Of a stretch of 53,034 nucleotides of DNA, positions 20,425 through 29,069 are shown one piece after another. The stretch comes from Candidatus Moranbacteria bacterium GW2011_GWA2_39_41 (lineage in GTDB: Bacteria > Patescibacteriota > Minisyncoccia > Moranbacterales > UBA2206): the NCBI GenBank assembly GCA_000995125.1, contig LBXA01000002.1, positions 1 through 53,034 on the forward strand, read 5' to 3'. A program made the position numbers and the translations under genes. Positions within the stretch are counted from its first letter, which is position 1; the number at the start of each line of letters is the position of its first letter. The notes under the pieces were generated by a model. That model saw only the letters and a program-made list of their open reading frames with translations. It had not been told where the DNA came from and searched no databases.

Positions 20425-20655
20425 ATGTTAAAAATCATCAACATCGCTGAAATTATTGTTGCTGTCCTGCTCATCATTTCAATTCTTATGCAAAATCGCG
20501 GTGCCGGTCTATCTTCAACTTTTGGTGGAGATTTTGGCGGCTATTATAGCAAACGAGGATTCGAAAAATTTCTAACTTTATTCTCTTCCTCGCTAGCTGT
20601 AATTTTTGTTATTCTAGCCATCATCAACCTAGTGCTGGCTAACAAAATTTCATAA
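20425..20655 (+). CDS. secG: Preprotein translocase subunit SecG
   Basis: ILMQNRGAGLSSTFGG...RGFEKFL; two TM. Confidence 0.9.
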   Translation: MLKIINIAEIIVAVLLIISILMQNRGAGLSSTFGGDFGGYYSKRGFEKFLTLFSSSLAVIFVILAIINLVLANKIS

Positions 20656-20672
20656 TCAGTAACACAAAACAT

Positions 20673-22382
20673 ATTAGTAACAACTTCAAAAATCGCTTCT
20701 CTTTCGGTCAGTTATCTAAAATAACTCAGGTTCTTAATCTAAAAGAAAAAGTCGCTTTTTATTCCCTGCTTATCATCCTAATCGGATCTTTGATTGGCTG
20801 GAGCTTGCTATCTTATTATTCCAAAACAACTGCCATTGCCGATTTTGGTGGAGAATACATCGAGGGTGCAGTTGGACAACCATCACATATCAATCCAATT
20901 CTTTCAGTTTCCAACAACACTGATGATGACCTAACTCAAATGATTTTTAGTGGTCTTTTTAAATACGACAACCAAGGCAAACTTATCAATGACCTTGTTT
21001 CCCACTATGAAGTTTCTGAGGACAAGACGCTATATACTGTTCATTTGAAAACCAATGCTGTTTGGCATGATGGACAACCCTTGACCGCCGCTGATGTCTT
21101 GTTCACCATCAATCTCATCGCTGACCCAGCCTACAAAAGCCCCTTGCGCTCGAATTGGCAAGGTATCGAGACTGACAGCGCTGATGATTATACCTTGAAT
21201 TTTCAGATCAAAACTCCCTACGTTGGATTTCTCAACAATCTAACTTTTGGAATTTTGCCAAAACATATCTGGGAATCAGTTGGGCCAGAAAAATTTGCCC
21301 TAACAAGTTTGAATCTAGAGCCAATTGGAAGTGGTCCCTACAAATACAACCCGTCATATATGAAAGATTCTTCTGGCAACATTCTTTCCTACAAATTAGT
21401 AGCCAATCCAAACTACTTTGGCAGCAAGCCCTATATTTCAAAAATAACCTTCAATTTCTATCCGGATGATGATGCGGTTATTTCAGCCTACAATCAAAAA
21501 GAAATCATGGGTATCAGCAATGTTTCTCCCAAAAAACTCACTGAACTCAAACTTCAGCAAAGCACTTCGGCTCACAAATTCAACATCCCTAGATATTTTG
21601 CTGTTTTCTTCAATCAAACCAAGAGTATATCTTTGGCTGATGACGAAGTGCGTGAGGCTTTGAGTCTGGCCACTAACCGCCAAGAAATCATTCAAAATGT
21701 TTTGGACGGCAATGGCAATCCAGTCTATTCGCCTATTCTAGCTGGCATGATTGGTTATGATGTTGATGCCAGCAAAACTGATTTTGACTTAGACAAGGCT
21801 AACAAAATCCTTGACGATGCCAAATGGAAGCGCGGTGATGATGGCTGGAGAAGCAAAGATAAAACACCCCTGCAAATCAATCTCGTGACCACTGATTGGC
21901 CGGAGCTGTCTCAAACTGCTGAAGTCATCAAGGCACAATGGGAAAAAGTTGGCGTGAAAGTTGAAGTCAACAATCTATCTATTTCTGATATTCAACAAAA
22001 TTACATTCGTCCACGAGAATATGATGCCATTCTATTTGGACAAGTTATGGGCGCTGACCCAGACCCATATTCCTTCTGGCACTCAACTCAAAAGAGAGAT
22101 CCGGGTCTAAACCTTGCTCTCTTTGGTGACTCTGACACAGACAAACTCATTGAGGATGGTCGCACAGAATTTGACATCAACAAACGCGCTGAAATCTATC
22201 ACGAATTTCAAGAAAAACTTTCTGTTGAAATTCCAGCCGTGTTTCTCTACAGTCCCGACTATGTCTATCCAGTCAACAAAAAAGTTCAAGGCATCGACAT
22301 CACAAACTTGATTCTACCATCCGAACGCTTCGCCAACATCGACAAGTGGTACATCAATACCAAAAGAATTTGGAATAAATAA
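20673..22382 (+). CDS. Peptide ABC transporter substrate-binding protein (OppA/DppA family); start probably non-canonical
   Basis: WHDGQPLTAADVLFT, PIGSGPY, VREALSLATNR; frame open upstream of TTG 20790 through the N-terminal TM. Confidence 0.85.
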   Translation: MSNNFKNRFSFGQLSKITQVLNLKEKVAFYSLLIILIGSLIGWSLLSYYSKTTAIADFGGEYIEGAVGQPSHINPILSVSNNTDDDLTQMIFSGLFKYDNQGKLINDLVSHYEVSEDKTLYTVHLKTNAVWHDGQPLTAADVLFTINLIADPAYKSPLRSNWQGIETDSADDYTLNFQIKTPYVGFLNNLTFGILPKHIWESVGPEKFALTSLNLEPIGSGPYKYNPSYMKDSSGNILSYKLVANPNYFGSKPYISKITFNFYPDDDAVISAYNQKEIMGISNVSPKKLTELKLQQSTSAHKFNIPRYFAVFFNQTKSISLADDEVREALSLATNRQEIIQNVLDGNGNPVYSPILAGMIGYDVDASKTDFDLDKANKILDDAKWKRGDDGWRSKDKTPLQINLVTTDWPELSQTAEVIKAQWEKVGVKVEVNNLSISDIQQNYIRPREYDAILFGQVMGADPDPYSFWHSTQKRDPGLNLALFGDSDTDKLIEDGRTEFDINKRAEIYHEFQEKLSVEIPAVFLYSPDYVYPVNKKVQGIDITNLILPSERFANIDKWYINTKRIWNK

Positions 22383-22500
22383 TATCCTACGAATTACGAA
22401 ATTATACGAATGTACTAATGTGAGGTATAATTAGCTTTAGCGTAGTATAAAATTGTATTTATATTTCGTACATTCGTACAAATTCGTAATTCGTAGAATA
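22383..22500. repeat. TACGAAT-unit inverted repeat (about 37-bp arms)
   Basis: TATCCTACGAATTACGAAATTATACGAATGTAC... / ...GTACATTCGTACAAATTCGTAATTCGTAGAATA. Confidence 0.85.
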
Positions 22501-22511
22501 AAATAAAAACT

Positions 22512-23120
22512 ATGCAAGTCGATTTTACTAATGTTCCCAAACACTATGCTTCACGCACTCACGAGAAAATGTCGGAAGTTCTGATGGATCCTAATGGTGC
22601 TGGTCCAGCCATTCATTATTACATGATTCGCGGTGGCGTTGACCAAAAAAACACGACCGTTTGGGAACCAGGCACAATCTCTGGCGAATACATCAAAACT
22701 TATGGTCACTACCACGTTGGTGAGTTGAGCGAAACATATTTCATCGCCTATGGTCAAGGCGTGGCACTTTTACAAAAATTAGCTGAGGATGAAAATGGCG
22801 AAATGATTCCAGATACCGTAGCCGAGTTCAAAGCCATTTCAGTCAAAACCGGTGATGAATTGTTTATGCCAGCTAAGTTCGGCCATTTGGTCGCCAATAC
22901 TGGCTCAACTTATTTCGTGACAATTGACGACAGTCCTGTAGATTTTGAAGATCGTGACCCATCCAGCTTTCCAGGACATGCTGATTATTCGCTAGTTAAG
23001 CAAATGCGAGGTTTCGCCTATTATGTTATTGAACATGCAGGAAAACCCGCACTTAAAAGAAACATGCTCTACAAAACTATCCTGAAAGAAGACCTGGGTG
23101 GTTTGCCAGTAATTGACTAA
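22512..23120 (+). CDS. Cupin-type (archaeal-like) glucose-6-phosphate isomerase
   Basis: PGTISGEYIKTYGHYH...E.Y...G.G...P..FGH..NTG cupin motifs. Confidence 0.8.
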   Translation: MQVDFTNVPKHYASRTHEKMSEVLMDPNGAGPAIHYYMIRGGVDQKNTTVWEPGTISGEYIKTYGHYHVGELSETYFIAYGQGVALLQKLAEDENGEMIPDTVAEFKAISVKTGDELFMPAKFGHLVANTGSTYFVTIDDSPVDFEDRDPSSFPGHADYSLVKQMRGFAYYVIEHAGKPALKRNMLYKTILKEDLGGLPVID

Positions 23121-23137
23121 CTATTATTCAAAAAAAT

Positions 23138-24523
23138 ATGTACAGCGTAATTCTTTGCGGTGGATCTGGCACTCGACTTTGGCCACTATCTCGCAAAAGT
23201 TTTCCCAAACAATTTTTGAGTTTGTATTTAGACAAATCTCTCTTGCAAGAAACTTTTTTACGAATGCAAAAAATTATGCCCGCGGAGCAAATATATTTCG
23301 TCACTAATCGGGATAACTATTTCAATGTTCTCGACCAGATGAAAGAAGTTTTTCCGCAGTTGCGCCCAGAGCAAATCATCACTGAACCAGAAGCCAAAAA
23401 TACCGCCCCAGCTATTGCTCTGACTTTGAAATATTTAGTGGAAAAAGAAGGAATTTCCAATACTGCTCCGGTTATTTTTCTGCCATCTGATCATAGTATC
23501 GCTAATATCGATGCCTTTGTGAAAGTTACGCAATCAGCCATGCATAAAGTGGCTGACAATATTGGCACCATCGGCATCACCCCCACTTCTCCGGAAACCG
23601 GTTATGGTTATATTAAGAAAGGCAAAATGAACAATGGTCGTTTTCAAGTTATACAATTCAAAGAAAAACCAGACAGAAAAACCGCGGAAGGATACATTGC
23701 TACAGGACAATACGTTTGGAACAGTGGAATGTACATCTTCAGCGAAGCCACTTTTTCTTCAGAATTAGCCAAACATGCGCCAGAAATTTTCACTGAATAC
23801 GAAAAAGGTTTTGAATCTTTGGAGCAAAATTTCAAAAATTTACCATCCGATTCTATTGACTATGTCCTAAGCGAAAAATCTGATAAAGTCATCACCTTTG
23901 AAGGTGACTTTGGTTGGAGTGATATTGGTTCTTTTGATGCTCTAGCGGAAATTATGCAAGCTAAAGATATTCACCAAAAAAATCATGTTTTCATTGATTC
24001 GAAGAATATTTTTGCTCATTCTGCCACCAACAAGCTGATTGCCACTTCTGATGTAGAAGATCTCATTATCATTGAAAATGATGATTGCATCTTGGTGCAA
24101 AAGAAAGGCAAAAGTGAAAGCGTAAAAAAGATCGTTGAATATTTGAAAGCCAACAACTACAAAGAAGTTGATCACAAAATTATGGGCTATCGTCCATGGG
24201 GCAAATATCGCGTTTTGGTGGATGATGCCAATCACAAAGTCAAAAAACTAACCGTCTATCCGGGAGCCACTCTCTCTTTGCAATCTCACAAAAGGCGCAG
24301 TGAGCATTGGGTAGTAGTGAAAGGCACTGCTCTGGTTATCAATGGTGAGCAAGAACTGACTCTACAAGAGAATGAAAGCACCTACATTCCAGCTACTCGC
24401 AAACATCGCTTGTCTAACCTAGGTAAAACCAATTTGGAAATCATTGAGGTGCAAACTGGTGATTATTTTGAAGAAGATGATATCATTCGTTATGATGATA
24501 TTTATAATCGACTTGAAAAATAA
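23138..24523 (+). CDS. manC: Mannose-1-phosphate guanylyltransferase / mannose-6-phosphate isomerase
   Basis: GGSGTRLWPLSR..PKQF, FKEKP, WSDIGS, RPWG, SLQSH..RSEHW. Confidence 0.95.
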   Translation: MYSVILCGGSGTRLWPLSRKSFPKQFLSLYLDKSLLQETFLRMQKIMPAEQIYFVTNRDNYFNVLDQMKEVFPQLRPEQIITEPEAKNTAPAIALTLKYLVEKEGISNTAPVIFLPSDHSIANIDAFVKVTQSAMHKVADNIGTIGITPTSPETGYGYIKKGKMNNGRFQVIQFKEKPDRKTAEGYIATGQYVWNSGMYIFSEATFSSELAKHAPEIFTEYEKGFESLEQNFKNLPSDSIDYVLSEKSDKVITFEGDFGWSDIGSFDALAEIMQAKDIHQKNHVFIDSKNIFAHSATNKLIATSDVEDLIIIENDDCILVQKKGKSESVKKIVEYLKANNYKEVDHKIMGYRPWGKYRVLVDDANHKVKKLTVYPGATLSLQSHKRRSEHWVVVKGTALVINGEQELTLQENESTYIPATRKHRLSNLGKTNLEIIEVQTGDYFEEDDIIRYDDIYNRLEK

Positions 24524-24825
24524 ATTCTTTTCCTATCCCAATAGCTACTTTAGTAGCCGCGTGTGTTTGAGCGAGTTGTTGCTCTTCAAAAATTCCTCCA
24601 TTTGGCATATACTGCCAGTAGGCAAGTTATTCATATTGATCTTCATATATCTATTATGAATGACACTTGACCTTCCTGCAAAATGGGCTTTCGGGCTCAT
24701 TTTGTATTGGAATTGGTACCTCGTTCAGTCTTATCTTGTATTGGACAAGACTCTCACTATGCCAAAAGTCAAAAAAATGGTATAATTAAAATATATAAAA
24801 TAATTTTTTTAAATAATTTCTTTTA

Positions 24826-25899
24826 ATGAGTGTTAAAAAGAAAATTTTTTTAGACGGACTACATAAAGAAGAAAGTGAGATAAGTTTTTTTGATCTTTCG
24901 ATGGCTCGCTTTGTAGGTAAATATAAAAATTCATCAACTTTTCTGTCTAAAAAAGGACGAACGGAGTTTTTTTATACGGAAGATTCTAATCGCTACATCA
25001 CTCCAGCTGAATTCCGCAAAATTGAAAAAGGCGAGCGCATTGCGCGAGTTTTTAATCGCTTGGATAGCGCTCTCTCTAGGGATTTCAAGAAGACTAGAAT
25101 TTATTCGATAGGTCAACGAGACATTGTTTATGTTAATATCAAGAGAAGATATGAAAGCCTCGGAAATTATATTAAAGATTTGCTGAATGGCGCAGTTCAG
25201 GGTGTGACTGTGGCTCGCATGTGGAATTTGTCAATTGTGGGAGCGGTTATTTTTGGAATGTTGACGATGACGATGATTTATAAATATTTAGGTCAAAATG
25301 TATCAGCCGCTATTGAGGATGCAACTGCGGTAACTCAGGCTGAACAGGCTTCAGCGTTGATCGGCTATGCCGGGGACAATGTGGTAGATGCCAAGAGCGC
25401 TCAAGACAGCTCAGTTGATGACATCGATACTTCTTTTGTGACAAAGCTCTTGGAACAAGCAGAGGAAAAGGAGGATGGCGAATTTGAACAAGAATTGCGT
25501 GAAATGGTGAGGGGTTATCCAATTGAAGTAATGATTCCAGAAATTGTCAAGCAAAATCGAATCGTAGCTGCTTTTATTGTAGCGATTGCCAAAAAGGAAA
25601 GCGCCTGGGGCAAGCGTGTTCCAGTTTTGGATGGTCAGGATTGTTATAATTATTGGGGGTATCGTGGTATTCGTGACAAAATGGGCACTGGCGGACATAC
25701 TTGCTTTGATAGTCCGGAAGATGCTGTGGCGACTGTAGCCAAGCGGATTGGCTTTTTGGTTTCAAATAAGAAACTCACTACCCCAGACGAGATGGTTATT
25801 TGGAAATGTGGTTCAAATTGCGCTGTGACAGGTGGACAAGCGGCAGCTAACAAATGGATTTCTGATGTTTCAATGTATTTCGATAAGTTAAATAAATAA
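24826..25899 (+). CDS. Membrane protein with C-terminal lysozyme-like (glucosaminidase/SLT-like) domain
   Basis: TM, then AIAKKESAWGK...CYNYWGY...FDSPEDAV. Confidence 0.65.
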   Translation: MSVKKKIFLDGLHKEESEISFFDLSMARFVGKYKNSSTFLSKKGRTEFFYTEDSNRYITPAEFRKIEKGERIARVFNRLDSALSRDFKKTRIYSIGQRDIVYVNIKRRYESLGNYIKDLLNGAVQGVTVARMWNLSIVGAVIFGMLTMTMIYKYLGQNVSAAIEDATAVTQAEQASALIGYAGDNVVDAKSAQDSSVDDIDTSFVTKLLEQAEEKEDGEFEQELREMVRGYPIEVMIPEIVKQNRIVAAFIVAIAKKESAWGKRVPVLDGQDCYNYWGYRGIRDKMGTGGHTCFDSPEDAVATVAKRIGFLVSNKKLTTPDEMVIWKCGSNCAVTGGQAAANKWISDVSMYFDKLNK

Positions 25900-25919
25900 A
25901 AAATAACTTTATATAATGG

Positions 25920-25950
25920 GAAAACCGGATTTTAGTCCGGTTTTTTCTTT
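25920..25950 (+). terminator. Intrinsic terminator
   Basis: AAAACCGGA-N6-TCCGGTTTTTT. Confidence 0.75.
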
Positions 25951-25974
25951 GGCTTATTTGAGCCATTTTACCAA

Positions 25975-26003
25975 TTGACAGGGTTTGGGGATTTTGCTAT
26001 GAT
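25975..26003 (+). promoter_or_regulatory. Sigma70 promoter
   Basis: TTGACA-N17-TATGAT with extended TG. Confidence 0.7.
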
Positions 26004-26057
26004 AGATAGCGTCGTTCAAAAAACCGTGTGTCTAAATTTACTTTCGAGTAAATGGGG

Positions 26058-26077
26058 CCTGCCTGCCGGTAGGCAGG
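26058..26077. repeat. 20-bp palindrome CCTGCCTGCCGGTAGGCAGG
   Basis: Further copies at 26981 and 48460. Confidence 0.85.
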
Positions 26078-26098
26078 GATTATAATTCTAAATTTGTA

Positions 26099-26821
26099 AT
26101 GGCAATAACTATTATGATTGATCCACTGCCGAGTCTCAGAAAATTGAGAGACATCTATGAAAAGATAGATAAGGCTAAAAAGAATCACATCAAATTATCA
26201 ATAACTATTCTCATGCTGAGCATGGGGCTATTTTTTTACTTTGTATCTGACAATCAGGCTTTGGCTCGCAAGAATGAAGAGCTTTTGAAAGTTGCACCAG
26301 AAACCATTGATCCGCTATATAAAATTGGCAAAGGCCTGCAAATGGTTGAGTGTGCTAAGAACAGTTCTTGTGCTAAAGAAATTTTGGCACCAACGCATAT
26401 TGTTGAGGTTGATAATTCAATTTTAGCTGAAACAGTGGGCGACTCTCCAATGGCTGAGATGGTGCCGGCCTTGAAACAGAGAAGTAAGGAGGTGTCAGCC
26501 TATTTGGTTGCGATTGCTAAGAAAGAGAGTGACTGGGGCAAGCATTCGCCGAAGAAAGGTGGCAAAGAATGTTTCAATTATTGGGGTTATCGTGGCAAGG
26601 AAGACACCACAGATTCTGGTTATAGCTGTTTTGATTCTCCAGATCATGCCGTTTCAGTAGTTGGCGACAGAATTGAAAAGCTTTTAGATCAAAACATCAA
26701 GACACCAGCACAAATGGTAGTTTGGAAGTGTGGCAGAGATTGTGAAGCCGCTGGCGGACAAGCCGCAGCTAACAAATGGATCTCGGATGTTAAGCGATAT
26801 TATGATAAACTAAACTCATAA
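26099..26821 (+). CDS. Paralog of the upstream lysozyme-like membrane protein
   Basis: AIAKKESDWGK...CFNYWGYRG...GGQAAANKWISDV, shared with 24826-25899. Confidence 0.7.
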   Translation: MAITIMIDPLPSLRKLRDIYEKIDKAKKNHIKLSITILMLSMGLFFYFVSDNQALARKNEELLKVAPETIDPLYKIGKGLQMVECAKNSSCAKEILAPTHIVEVDNSILAETVGDSPMAEMVPALKQRSKEVSAYLVAIAKKESDWGKHSPKKGGKECFNYWGYRGKEDTTDSGYSCFDSPDHAVSVVGDRIEKLLDQNIKTPAQMVVWKCGRDCEAAGGQAAANKWISDVKRYYDKLNS

Positions 26822-26980
26822 CAGGGCTAATTTTCTTTTGGCAGCAAAAGAAAGTTACAAAGAAAACTGCTGGCGTCGGCTCGTGCTGTCTAAATTTCTA
26901 GCTTACTCGCTAAAATTCCAATAAGAACGCTAAAAAGAAATCTAGTATGTAATTTCTTAACGCTCATGCGCTGAAATTTA

Positions 26981-27000
26981 CCTGCCTGCCGGCAGGCAGG
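26981..27000. repeat. Perfect 20-bp palindrome CCTGCCTGCCGGCAGGCAGG
   Basis: Sequence is its own reverse complement. Confidence 0.9.
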
Positions 27001-27060
27001 GAAACGCACTTCGCAAGGCGCGGAATTATTTTTTTAAAACTAACTAAAAACAAAATCTAT

Positions 27061-27408
27061 ATGGCTATACAAAATATTAATGGCAAGGAGTTAAAAAAGA
27101 TGCTGGATACAAATTCAGCTGAATTGGAAATTATTGATGTTCGGGAACAGGATGAATATGATTTGATCAAAATTAAGGGCTCAAAGCTGATTCCTTTGTC
27201 TGAGATTGGACCCAGAATAAACGAAATTGATTGGAGCAAGAAAGTCATCTTGGTTTGTCGCAGTGGTTCTCGCAGTGGTTACATCGCTCAAATGCTGGCC
27301 GCACATGGAAAGGACACAATCAACTTGGCTGGTGGCATCTATGAACTGAACTTGGATAAGTGTGATTGTCTGGAAAAAGACCCAGGTTGTTGCGGAGGGT
27401 ATTTTTAA
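27061..27408 (+). CDS. Rhodanese-like domain protein
   Basis: IIDVREQDEY, CRSGSRS, NLAGG. Confidence 0.9.
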   Translation: MAIQNINGKELKKMLDTNSAELEIIDVREQDEYDLIKIKGSKLIPLSEIGPRINEIDWSKKVILVCRSGSRSGYIAQMLAAHGKDTINLAGGIYELNLDKCDCLEKDPGCCGGYF

Positions 27409-27440
27409 AGTTAAAAGTCTGTAAAGTTCGTAAAGTCCAT

Positions 27441-27466
27441 AAAGAGCGGGGAACCGCTTTTTTTTG
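27441..27466 (+). terminator. Intrinsic terminator
   Basis: AGCGG-GGAA-CCGCT followed by a T run. Confidence 0.7.
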
Positions 27467-27511
27467 TGATAAAAATAGTGTAAAATTGGGATATAAAGAG
27501 TAATACATATA

Positions 27512-28789
27512 ATGATGAATAAATTTCCAGCAGGGTTTTTGTGGGGTGCAGCGACTTCCGGGCATCAAGTTGAAGGCAATACTAATAACGATTGGGTTCA
27601 GTGGGAGAAGGACAATGCTGAGAGAATTGCTGGGGAGGCTAATAAGAAGTGGGAAAAGTGGCAACAGGAAAAATTTCCCGAAATGTTCACGGTGGAAAAT
27701 TATATTTCTGGCCAAGCTTGCGACCAATATAATCGATATGCAGAAGATTTTGATTTGGCAAAAGCTGGTGGACACAATGCCCATCGATTGTCTTTGGAAT
27801 GGGCAAGAATTGAACCGAAAGAAGGAGAATTTAGTGCAGAGGGAATTGAACATTATCGAAAAGTTTTGACAGCTTTACGTGAGAGGGGATTGGAACCATT
27901 TGTAACCTTGTGGCATTGGACTGATCCAATTTGGGTCGGAGAGATGGGCGCTTGGGGCAACAAAGAAACAGTTAAATATTTCCATAGATATGCTGAGCGG
28001 GTTTTCAATGAATATAAAGATTTAGTAACATTTTGGATGCCACTCAATGAACCAAATACTGAAGTGTCGTTGGGCTATATGTTTGGCAATCAACCGCCAG
28101 GAATCAAAAGTAAACTTGCGGCCAACACCGCTTTCAAAAATTTGATGCAAGTTCAGAAAGATATCTATCAGGTTGCCAAAGCAGTTTCACCGGATTTTCA
28201 AATTGGCTGTTCGCATTTTATGTTCGATATAAAATCCCATAATCGCCTGCCATGGAATGTTTTGGCGACTAAGATTATGGATTATTTTGCCAACTATCGT
28301 TTTTTCAAAGCTTTCAATGATTCTTGTGATTTTTTTGGTATCCAATATTATCAATCATTTCATGTCAATTTCAGAATAGGTGGAAAATTCTTCGGACTTT
28401 TTGAAAATAAAGAAGTTTCAGAAAAAAGAAGTGATTTGGGTTGGCAGATTTATCCAGAAGGAATTTATAATGTGCTGACAAAGGCCGCCAAGAATGGAAA
28501 ACCTATTTATATAACTGAAAATGGACTAGCCGATGCGACTGATACCTATCGTTCCGAATTCATTCAAGAGCATCTGAAATATGTTCAAAAGGCGATTGCT
28601 GATGGCGTGGACATTCGCGGTTATTTCCATTGGTCACTAATAGACAACTTTGAATTTGTAGAAATGCGCGGGTTCTGGCCACGCTTTGGTCTGATAGAAA
28701 TCGATTACAAAACATTAGAGAGAAAGCCAAGAAAAAGTTTTTATGTTTATAAAGAGATAATTGAGAATAATGGGATAAAAGGGGAATAA
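27512..28789 (+). CDS. Glycoside hydrolase family 1 (beta-glucosidase-like)
   Basis: FLWGAATSGHQVEG, NEP, ITENG, WSLIDNFE. Confidence 0.93.
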   Translation: MMNKFPAGFLWGAATSGHQVEGNTNNDWVQWEKDNAERIAGEANKKWEKWQQEKFPEMFTVENYISGQACDQYNRYAEDFDLAKAGGHNAHRLSLEWARIEPKEGEFSAEGIEHYRKVLTALRERGLEPFVTLWHWTDPIWVGEMGAWGNKETVKYFHRYAERVFNEYKDLVTFWMPLNEPNTEVSLGYMFGNQPPGIKSKLAANTAFKNLMQVQKDIYQVAKAVSPDFQIGCSHFMFDIKSHNRLPWNVLATKIMDYFANYRFFKAFNDSCDFFGIQYYQSFHVNFRIGGKFFGLFENKEVSEKRSDLGWQIYPEGIYNVLTKAAKNGKPIYITENGLADATDTYRSEFIQEHLKYVQKAIADGVDIRGYFHWSLIDNFEFVEMRGFWPRFGLIEIDYKTLERKPRKSFYVYKEIIENNGIKGE

Positions 28790-29022
28790 GGGGTGAAAGG
28801 GGCTGAAGGGGTGAGAAAAAGGGAGGGAAGGGGAATAAAGGGTGAAAAGGGAGAAAGGGATTGAAAGGGTGAGGAAAGGGGAGGAAGGGTAAGGAAGGGT
28901 GAGAGAAAATAAGATGAGATTTCCCATTCTAACATTCCCTTTAAACCCTTTTGCAACCCATTTAAATTCCCATTATATCCCATTACAATTCACTTTAAAT
29001 TTATAATCCCAGTAGTCCCTTT
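28766..29022. repeat. 9-mer purine array followed by complementary pyrimidine array
   Basis: AAGGGGAAT/AAAGGGTGA-like units, then TTCCCATT/TTCCCTTTA-like units. Confidence 0.8.
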
Positions 29023-29069
29023 ATTTAAGTTTTATTAGCTACACATCTCAATTTAATTTGCAAAATATT

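Noticed and set aside
28715..28983. Pro/Phe/Ser-rich minus-strand ORFs
   Set aside because: Translation artefacts of the purine array.
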